A program made the position numbers and the translations under genes. Below are positions 27,940 through 35,196 of a stretch of 64,000 nt of DNA, piece after piece; positions within the stretch are counted from its first letter, which is position 1; the number at the start of each line of letters is the position of its first letter. The notes below the pieces were generated by a model. It saw only the letters and a list, made by a program, of their open reading frames with translations. It had not been told where the DNA came from and ran no database searches. The DNA comes from Candidatus Howiella intestinavium (GTDB taxonomy: Bacteria > Bacillota > Clostridia > Oscillospirales > Acutalibacteraceae): the NCBI GenBank assembly GCA_904420585.1, contig CAJFVX010000021.1, positions 19,319-83,318 on the forward strand, given 5' to 3'.

Positions 27940-29034
27940 ATGGTGAGGCGCATGAACCACGCCGACTGTTTAAACTTTGATTTTAAGGCTGCCGGCCACG
28001 AGCTGCTGGCCACAATCCGGAAGGGCTTTTGGAACCCGGTGGGATATTTTGCCAAGGAAAAGCTTATCGGTACCGACAAGGCTTTCTTCTGGCCCTACGG
28101 CGGCCATCTGGAGGCGGTTGCCGCCCAGCTGGAGAATTATCCCGACTGTGCCAACGCCAAGCAGATGTATCTGGATACCCTGGTGGGCGTCCTGCCCTAC
28201 ACGGTCTGCCGGGACGACGGGCATCTGGCCTATGCGGCTGCCAACGGCGGCGGCGGAGATGTCTTTTATGACGACAATGTGTGGATTGCCATCATCTATC
28301 TCAACGCTTCCCATATTTTGAAAGAGCCCCGTTATCTGGAGCTGTCTGAAAGGGTAACCGAGTTCTGCTACTCCGGCTGGGACGAGAAGCTGGGCGGCGG
28401 TGTCTACTGGCAGGAGAACCACAAGACCAGCAAGAACACCTGTATCAACGCCCCCCTGGCCAAGGTGTCGGCCCAGCTTTACAAGGAGACGGGCAAGCAG
28501 AAGTATCTGGATTGGGCCGTCAAGCTGTATGACTGGACCAAGGAGAAGCTGATGGATCCCAAGGATTACCTCTATTGGGACAACATCAACCTGGAGGGCA
28601 AAATCCAGGAATGGAAGTTTGCCTACAACACGGGCTGCATGATTGGCGCGGCGGCGCATCTCTACGATATAACCAAGGATGAGAAGTATCTGACCGATGC
28701 GAAAAATTCCGCCATGTCCGCCCTGAACGGCGGCTTTGGCCGGTGGGACGACAAGGGGGATTACCACTTCACCGACCCCAACCCCTGGTTCCTGACCTGG
28801 CTGTTGGACGGCTATATGGCCCTGTATCCCTTCGATTCCAACGATGAATATATCGAAAGCTTTGCCTCGGCGGTTTCCTATTGCGTCCGCAATACGAAAA
28901 ATGCCAGCGGCTTCGTACATAGGGATTGGAAATCCAAGGATATGCCGGATGCGGATGTGCACGTGCTGGATCAGTCGGGTACGGCGCGGGTCCTCTTCGA
29001 CGTGCAGACCTGGAAGGACACCTACGGGAAGTAG
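27940..29034 (+). CDS. GH76 alpha-1,6-mannanase, paralog 1 (no signal peptide)
   Basis: FYDDNVWIAIIYLNA (catalytic DD), GGVYWQENHKTSKNTCINAP, YNTGCMIGAAAHLY. The start could also be ATG 27952. Confidence 0.88.
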   Translation: MVRRMNHADCLNFDFKAAGHELLATIRKGFWNPVGYFAKEKLIGTDKAFFWPYGGHLEAVAAQLENYPDCANAKQMYLDTLVGVLPYTVCRDDGHLAYAAANGGGGDVFYDDNVWIAIIYLNASHILKEPRYLELSERVTEFCYSGWDEKLGGGVYWQENHKTSKNTCINAPLAKVSAQLYKETGKQKYLDWAVKLYDWTKEKLMDPKDYLYWDNINLEGKIQEWKFAYNTGCMIGAAAHLYDITKDEKYLTDAKNSAMSALNGGFGRWDDKGDYHFTDPNPWFLTWLLDGYMALYPFDSNDEYIESFASAVSYCVRNTKNASGFVHRDWKSKDMPDADVHVLDQSGTARVLFDVQTWKDTYGK

Positions 29035-29112
29035 GTTCCGTTTATTGGGCTTTATGCTCCGGGCATGGAGCGGTTGGTATATATTTTAAAATGAGGAAAA
29101 GGAGATTCAGCT

Positions 29113-30735
29113 ATGCGTAAACGTATTGTCACGGCGTTGTTGGCTGCGGCCATGATGCTGTCGCTTTTGGCGGGATGCTATACGGAGACGACCGTGCCGG
29201 TGGAAAGCACGGATACCAATGTCACCACCTCCGCCCAGAGCGAGACGCCCTCTTCGTCTGAGGCGACCACCACCTCCCAGACGACGACTACATCCCAGAC
29301 CACCACTTCCACCAGTTCTACTTCCTCCAAAAAGAGCCCCACCACCGCCAGGTTCCCCTACAGCCTGATTAAGCGGCTGAAGAGCAGTTCCGCTACGGGC
29401 GGCGGCACCGGCAGTACGGACGGCGGAAGTAGCGGCGGTACGACCACTTCGGACGGTGGGACCCAGGTTAACGAAAACGAGTTCTTTTACGATGAATACC
29501 GTGCCTATACCCAGGTTGCCGACCGCATTATGAGCAGTGCAAAGCGGGATATCAACCGGCAGAATCCCACCCAGGGCGGTTTCTGGCGGAATAACGGGAC
29601 CAATTTGGCTTCGGATTTGTTAAAGATGGGCGATGATTTGAACGGTACAACCCTGTGGCCTTATGCTACCTACATGGAGGGTGTGGGCGCGCAGATTTCC
29701 TCCGCCGGCCTGGCTCAGTCCTATGATGCCAAGCAGGAGTATGCCAAGCTTCTGAAGAATGTTCTGAATTATACGGACAGCGAGTACAATTCGGCCGACA
29801 GCCTGGGCCTCGGCTGCGTACAGGGTTCTGGCCCCGGCACCCAGATTTTTAACGACGATAATGTGTGGGTCGCCATGGAGTGGATGAACGCTTACCAGCT
29901 GCTGGGCGACAACCAGTATCTCACCCTGGCCAAGCGCAACCTGAACTTTATCTTCGAAAGCTGGGATACCACTGTTTTGGACGGCGGTATCTGGTGGTGC
30001 CGTCCCGGACGTGAAGGCAAGGAGCCTCTGCAGAAGAATGCCTGTATCAACGCCCCTTACGCTTGGGCTGCGGCTGAGATGTATGAGCTGACCGGTGAGC
30101 AGTCTTATTTAAATAACGCTATCCAGGCCTATACATGGACCAAAAATACGCTGTGGGATAAGAATAAGAATGTTATTCTTGATAAATATTATCAGGTTTC
30201 AACTGGCTATGAGTTGGATGGCAGCACCTATGCCTATAACACCGGCTGTATGATCGGCGCGGCTGCCATGCTGTATAAAGTCACCGGCGATGAACAGTAC
30301 CGGACGGATGCGTATGCTTTGGCGGAAGGTGCCTCAACCACCTTCTATTCTGAACGCATCAGGATTCGCCCCACCGGCGAGGATGCCCCTGAAGGCGCCA
30401 CGGGTTATTATTTTGATTCGCCCTCTCCCTATAGTTCTTCCAACCTGCTTTGGTTCCAGAGCAACCTGGCCAAGGGTATTTTTACTTTGTATAAAATCGA
30501 TACCGAAAAGGGCAACACAGCTGATCCCAAGTATGCCCGCATCGTGTTGAACGCGACTGCCGTGGGTGCTGTTAACGCCGGCCGCGCGGACAACTATATC
30601 AACCCGGATATGAGGAGCGCAGAGGCGCCGGCACTGGCTGATATTACGCCTACCGGCGAAGGCGCTGCCGCCCGGCTGATGTATATGTGCGATGAGTTCC
30701 TGAAGGATTATCCCCGGTTTGACCGGATTGGCTAA
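29113..30735 (+). CDS. GH76 alpha-1,6-mannanase lipoprotein, paralog 2
   Basis: RBS AAGGAGA. Lipobox LLAGC. Thr/Ser/Gly-rich linker. FNDDNVWVAMEWMNAY, GGIWWCRPG...KNACINAP, YNTGCMIGAAAMLY. Confidence 0.9.
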   Translation: MRKRIVTALLAAAMMLSLLAGCYTETTVPVESTDTNVTTSAQSETPSSSEATTTSQTTTTSQTTTSTSSTSSKKSPTTARFPYSLIKRLKSSSATGGGTGSTDGGSSGGTTTSDGGTQVNENEFFYDEYRAYTQVADRIMSSAKRDINRQNPTQGGFWRNNGTNLASDLLKMGDDLNGTTLWPYATYMEGVGAQISSAGLAQSYDAKQEYAKLLKNVLNYTDSEYNSADSLGLGCVQGSGPGTQIFNDDNVWVAMEWMNAYQLLGDNQYLTLAKRNLNFIFESWDTTVLDGGIWWCRPGREGKEPLQKNACINAPYAWAAAEMYELTGEQSYLNNAIQAYTWTKNTLWDKNKNVILDKYYQVSTGYELDGSTYAYNTGCMIGAAAMLYKVTGDEQYRTDAYALAEGASTTFYSERIRIRPTGEDAPEGATGYYFDSPSPYSSSNLLWFQSNLAKGIFTLYKIDTEKGNTADPKYARIVLNATAVGAVNAGRADNYINPDMRSAEAPALADITPTGEGAAARLMYMCDEFLKDYPRFDRIG

Positions 30736-30751
30736 AAGCATGTAAGCAAAA

Positions 30752-30812
30752 GGGTATTGTCCCGGGATACTGTTATCTCGGGACAATACCCAGGTTTATT
30801 CCTTTTTCTTTG
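30752..30812 (+). terminator. hairpin plus T-rich tract after GH76 paralog 2
   Basis: gggtattgtcccg-N14-cgggacaataccc followed by aggtttattcctttttcttt. Confidence 0.55.
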
Positions 30813-30846
30813 AGCGGCATTGAGATTTTGAAAGGGGTTATGCCTT

Positions 30847-32127
30847 CTGTTTAAAAAGATTACGGCAGCCAGTCTATCTGCCATTTTGGTATTGGGCGCT
30901 GCGGGCTGCGGTGCGGATACCGGTACGGAAAGTTCCAGCAGCGCATCTGCCGGAACCAGCACATCTACCGCTTCCTCTGTGGCGGATGTGGCCATAACCG
31001 ATTTTCAAAATTTCAATGGTTACGGCGACCGCGGCGACGCCATTATGGAGTATTTTAGCCAGAGTTTTTGGAAAGCCGACGGCCGCATGAAGAGCGAACA
31101 GGCAAAAAGCGATTCGGTAACGCTCTGGGGCTATGCTTCCTACATGGAAGCCTGCGGTGAATGGCTGGCCCTGCATCCGGACGACGCCGAGGTAAAGGCC
31201 GAATATATAAAGGTTTTGGAGAATGTGGAGTATTACCGCACGGTATGGCGTACCGATGACCTGCAGGTCTATCAGTGCGTACCGGTAGAGAGCAAGGCCG
31301 AGTGCTTTTTTGATGACGACGTTTGGGTTGTGCTGGAGTTTATCCACGCCTATCAGCTCTTAGGAGAGCAAAAGTGGCTGGATAATGCCAAGGGAACCAT
31401 AGAGTTCTGCTATTCCGGCTGGGATGACAAGCAGGGCGGCGGCGTCTACTGGAAGGAAGATGATGTGGGCACGGAGAACGCCAGCAAAAATACCTGCATC
31501 AACGCCCCCCTGGCCCTGGCCTCCGCCGAACTCTACGAGATCACCCAGGATCAGCAGTATCTGGACTGGGCCATCCGGCTGTACGATTGGACCAAGGCGA
31601 CCCTGATGGATCCCAAGGATTCCCTGATGTGGGATAATATTATGGCGGATTCGGGCAGTGTGACCCGGACGAAATGGACTTACAATACGGGCAATATGAT
31701 CGCCTCGGCCGCCATGCTCTATAAAATCACCGGCCAGGAGTCCTACCTCACCGATGCCAAGACCATGGCGGAATCCGCCTATACAACCTTTGGCACCGAA
31801 GTGGTTAAGGATGATCCTGCCCAATCCTATTACATCGCCGGCGAGTCCAATCCCTGGTTCCAGTCATCTTTGTTGAAGGGCTACATAAAGCTGTACGAAG
31901 TGGACAGTTCCAACGCAACCTATGTAAAGAGTTTTTTGACCGCGTTGGCCTACGCCTGCTCCAAGAATAAGGATTTTCGCGGATTCCTGGACTCGGATTG
32001 GAAAACGCGGGATGAGGTCGGCGTTATCACCAACCCGGATCTGCTGAACCAGTCGGGTAACGCCCGGGTGCTGCTCATGCTGCAAAACTGGAAGAACGCC
32101 CATCCGGACGCCCTGGGCCAGGCTTAA
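30847..32127 (+). CDS. GH76 alpha-1,6-mannanase lipoprotein, paralog 3 (start codon uncertain)
   Basis: The frame opens at 30832. CTG 30847 (9 nt after GAAAGGGG) gives the lipoprotein signal MFKKITAASLSAILVLGAAGC. The track start TTG 30886 would remove that signal. FFDDDVWVVLEFIHAY, GGVYWKED...KNTCINAP, YNTGNMIASAAMLY. Confidence 0.8.
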   Translation: MFKKITAASLSAILVLGAAGCGADTGTESSSSASAGTSTSTASSVADVAITDFQNFNGYGDRGDAIMEYFSQSFWKADGRMKSEQAKSDSVTLWGYASYMEACGEWLALHPDDAEVKAEYIKVLENVEYYRTVWRTDDLQVYQCVPVESKAECFFDDDVWVVLEFIHAYQLLGEQKWLDNAKGTIEFCYSGWDDKQGGGVYWKEDDVGTENASKNTCINAPLALASAELYEITQDQQYLDWAIRLYDWTKATLMDPKDSLMWDNIMADSGSVTRTKWTYNTGNMIASAAMLYKITGQESYLTDAKTMAESAYTTFGTEVVKDDPAQSYYIAGESNPWFQSSLLKGYIKLYEVDSSNATYVKSFLTALAYACSKNKDFRGFLDSDWKTRDEVGVITNPDLLNQSGNARVLLMLQNWKNAHPDALGQA

Positions 32128-32177
32128 TCAGGCATCCGCCGAGGAAATTCGGTTGATGATAAAAATTTTAGAAAGGG

Positions 32178-33563
32178 ATGTTATGCGTGAACAAGAAAAG
32201 AATCATCAGCGCCCTGCTGTGCGCCGCTATGATTGTCAGCGCGGGAGTTATGGCTTCTTCCTGCGGCGACAACGACGGCACCCCCAGTGGCAGCACTGAC
32301 AGTTCCGACGAATGGGTTCTTGCTGACAAGAACGTCACTATGTGGGGAGGCTTCGGCGAGGACTACTACGAGAATTTCAAGCGGGATAATCCGGATATCA
32401 ATCTGAATTATGCCACCTCCTCTGACAACAGCCTGGTGACCCTGGCTGCGGCAATCCAGTCGGGCAACCAGCCGGATATGTTCTACACCAACAATGCCGC
32501 CAATGCGCCTCTGGGCGATGCGGTGGGCCGTGACCTGCTGCTGCCCCTGGAAGGCTATTTTGACCGGGATCCCAACTATAAGTGGGAGGATCTGCCCGAA
32601 TGGTATGATATGTTTGTCAAGTATACGGGCAACGATGGGCAGGATCATATTTACGCCGTCTACACCGACGTGTCGGTAGCCTGCTTGGTCTGGAACAAGG
32701 ATATGTTTGAAGCCAATGGCCTGGATCCCGATAAGCCGCCGACAACCTGGTCTGAAATGCAGACCATGGCTTCTCAGCTGAACAAAACCGACTCCAACGG
32801 CATGCTGAGCCAGGCCGGTTTCACCTCCTATAACTGGTGGTTCCAGCATTGGCGCCTGACCTATGGCACGACCTATCAGGATCCCCTGACTGGCGAGCCC
32901 AACATCAATACCCCCGAGATGCAGAATGTCATGAACTTCTTAAAGTCCTTCCCCGAATCCTTCGGCGGCGCCGACCGGCTGCCCGAGACGGTGAACTGGG
33001 GCGCAGGCAACGTGGGTATGGCTATTGCCGATACGGGTTATTCCCAGAACATGGTTAATGACTTTGAGACCGGTATCGCCATTATGCCCAAGCCTGACGA
33101 TAAGGAAGGCGACCAGGTGGTTGCCGGTTATGCCTGGCAGTGGTACGGCGTACCCAAGGGCTGTAAGAACCCCGACGGCGGCTGGACGGTAGCCCGCTGG
33201 GCTGTGACCGGCGGCTGCGCCGGCGTACAGGCCCGTGCCGCTCTGGAGAATCCCGAGACCTGGGTGCCTGTCTATCAGGTACACAAGCCCTCCAAGCAGG
33301 AACTGTTCGATCGGTATCTGGAAGGCTGCCGGGAGGATATCCAGGAAATCCTGATGAAGCGCGAGGAGATCTTTGATCAGATTTCCATTGCCCGCCCGGT
33401 TAATGCGCCTATCAATGCCAACTGGGAAAGCGCTCTGGAAACCAAGTGCGTTGAGATCATCAACGGCGAAACGACTGTTACCGATGGTTTGGATTATATT
33501 CAGAAAGTTGGTATGCAGTTGTACGAGGATTATCGTTCGGATGTACTGGGCATAACCGAATAA
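32178..33563 (+). CDS. ABC sugar transporter substrate-binding lipoprotein (family 1)
   Basis: Signal with Cys (VMASSCGDN). SBP_bac_1-type features are PDMFY, MPKPD, and a mid-protein YAWQWYGVPKGCKNPDGGW segment. Confidence 0.85.
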   Translation: MLCVNKKRIISALLCAAMIVSAGVMASSCGDNDGTPSGSTDSSDEWVLADKNVTMWGGFGEDYYENFKRDNPDINLNYATSSDNSLVTLAAAIQSGNQPDMFYTNNAANAPLGDAVGRDLLLPLEGYFDRDPNYKWEDLPEWYDMFVKYTGNDGQDHIYAVYTDVSVACLVWNKDMFEANGLDPDKPPTTWSEMQTMASQLNKTDSNGMLSQAGFTSYNWWFQHWRLTYGTTYQDPLTGEPNINTPEMQNVMNFLKSFPESFGGADRLPETVNWGAGNVGMAIADTGYSQNMVNDFETGIAIMPKPDDKEGDQVVAGYAWQWYGVPKGCKNPDGGWTVARWAVTGGCAGVQARAALENPETWVPVYQVHKPSKQELFDRYLEGCREDIQEILMKREEIFDQISIARPVNAPINANWESALETKCVEIINGETTVTDGLDYIQKVGMQLYEDYRSDVLGITE

Positions 33564-33597
33564 GTGCCAGTTGCAGTATATGCGACAGTGAAGGTGG

Positions 33598-33628
33598 CGC
33601 CCGGCCACGATGGCCGGGCGTCCCTTTT
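33598..33628 (+). terminator. rho-independent terminator after the SBP gene
   Basis: cgcccggcca-cga-tggccgggcg (10-bp stem) followed by tcccTTTT. Confidence 0.75.
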
Positions 33629-33661
33629 AGCGGTAGAATCTGTAAGTGAGGAGAAAAGTTT

Positions 33662-34918
33662 ATGAAACACGGGCAGCCCTGCGGCACCCCTGTTGTGGGA
33701 AGACTGCATCGCTGGTTGTGCCTGCTATTGGCTTTGGCGCTGTCGGCGACAGCGCTGGCTTCCTGTGAACAGACCAGCGCGTCGGAAGGCGGCGCTTCCT
33801 TACAGGCCGGTTCTGCTGCCAGCACGGTACAAATCTATATTGACGAGGAGAAGGCCCCAGCCCTTCGGGCCGATTCCGAGAAGGGGATTTGGGAAAAGCG
33901 GGCGGATGCCACCCAGGCTTTTATGCGGGAAAACTTCTTCGGCGCCTATGATATGTACCAAAACAAATACCCCCTCACAAGACAGAGGGACAATGCGACC
34001 TTTCACTACTGGATCCAGGCGCAGGTTTTGGATTCTATTGTGGACGCCTACATCCGCACAGGCGATGCAGTCTATGCCCAGCGGGCCAAGGAACTGATCG
34101 CTGCGGTGAAAAAGCGGAATGGCAATCATATTACCAATGATTTATACGACGATATGGGATGGATGGCCAACGCGGCCTTCCGGCTGTATCAGGCCACAGG
34201 CGACCAAGATTTGTGGAGCGACATCGACCTTTTATACCGGACCATTGCCGACGGATGGAATGAGGCCAGCGGCGGCATTGCCTGGCGGCGGGATCAAATG
34301 TACTACCGCAATTCCCCGTCCAACGGCCCTGCCTGCATTCTGGCGGCCCGGCTGTACCAGCATACCGGGGAGCAGGAATATTTGGACATGGCGCTCCGGA
34401 TTTTTGACTGGTGGACGGAAACCCTGGTGGATCCGGAAACCGGACTGGTTTGGGACGGCATCAACCGGCAAATGGACGGAAAGATAGACAAGAACTGGCA
34501 GTTTACCTATTGCCAGGGGGTATACATTGGCGCCTGCGTGGAATTATACCGCATCACCAATGAACAGGATTATATTGACAAGGCGGTGCGGACCGCCGAT
34601 TACGCGCTGGATACCATGCTGGAGAGCGGGATTCTCCGTTCCGAAGGTGGCGGGGACGGCGGCGCCTTCAAGGGCATATTCTGCCGGTATCTGACGCAGC
34701 TGATATTGACTACATCGGTCAATCGGGAACTGTACTGCAGGGTGTTGGAGAGGAACGGGGAAGCGCTTTGGGCGAATATCCCCAGCGAGGAGGAGCCGAT
34801 TTGCAGCGAAAAATGGAGCGACAAGCCCGGCAAATCGGTAGAACTCCAGGTGCAGTCCAGCGGGCTGGCCCTGCTGGAAAGTTTGGCCGTTTTAAATAAA
34901 ATGGGTTATATTTCATAA
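33662..34918 (+). CDS. GH76 alpha-1,6-mannanase lipoprotein, paralog 4 (divergent)
   Basis: RBS GAGGAG. Lipobox LASC. LYDDMGWMANAAFRLY, GGIAWRRDQ...SPSNGPA, TYCQGVYIGACVELY. Confidence 0.85.
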   Translation: MKHGQPCGTPVVGRLHRWLCLLLALALSATALASCEQTSASEGGASLQAGSAASTVQIYIDEEKAPALRADSEKGIWEKRADATQAFMRENFFGAYDMYQNKYPLTRQRDNATFHYWIQAQVLDSIVDAYIRTGDAVYAQRAKELIAAVKKRNGNHITNDLYDDMGWMANAAFRLYQATGDQDLWSDIDLLYRTIADGWNEASGGIAWRRDQMYYRNSPSNGPACILAARLYQHTGEQEYLDMALRIFDWWTETLVDPETGLVWDGINRQMDGKIDKNWQFTYCQGVYIGACVELYRITNEQDYIDKAVRTADYALDTMLESGILRSEGGGDGGAFKGIFCRYLTQLILTTSVNRELYCRVLERNGEALWANIPSEEEPICSEKWSDKPGKSVELQVQSSGLALLESLAVLNKMGYIS

Positions 34919-34975
34919 ACCCTTCTTGACGAGCCGTATATTTATGCGGTATACTTTATAAAAGGTTATTTTTGC

Positions 34976-34999
34976 CCGGCGGTACATACCGCCGGATTT
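34976..34999 (+). terminator. hairpin after GH76 paralog 4
   Basis: ccggcggt-acat-accgccgg followed by aTTTg. Confidence 0.45.
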
Positions 35000-35015
35000 G
35001 CCTCTTTACGACAAA

Positions 35016-35044
35016 TTACGGATTTTGTGCAAAATGCGCATAAT
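35016..35044 (+). promoter_or_regulatory. candidate promoter of the seven-gene transporter operon
   Basis: TTACGG, 17-nt spacer, CATAAT. The spacer contains TTTTGTGCAA (35023-35032). An alternative TTGACG-N18-TATACT lies at 34926-34955. Confidence 0.4.
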
Positions 35045-35196
35045 CCATTGTCGAATTTTTATGTATTCGCCATGCGGGCGGGTGCAGTTGCCAGAAAATT
35101 ACATCGCTGCTTCTTTTTGGAAGGCTTACGGCCGGTCAAATGGGGGAACAGACGGTAATGCATAACGGCGATTGTAAAACAGGAAAGGGGATTTGT

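Noticed and set aside
34926-34955. TTGACG-N18-TATACT as the promoter of the seven-gene operon
   Set aside because: It lies upstream of the hairpin at 34976-34995, which looks like the terminator of the preceding GH76 gene, and its spacer is 18 nt. The downstream TTACGG-N17-CATAAT site carrying the shared 10-mer is preferred, though neither is verified.
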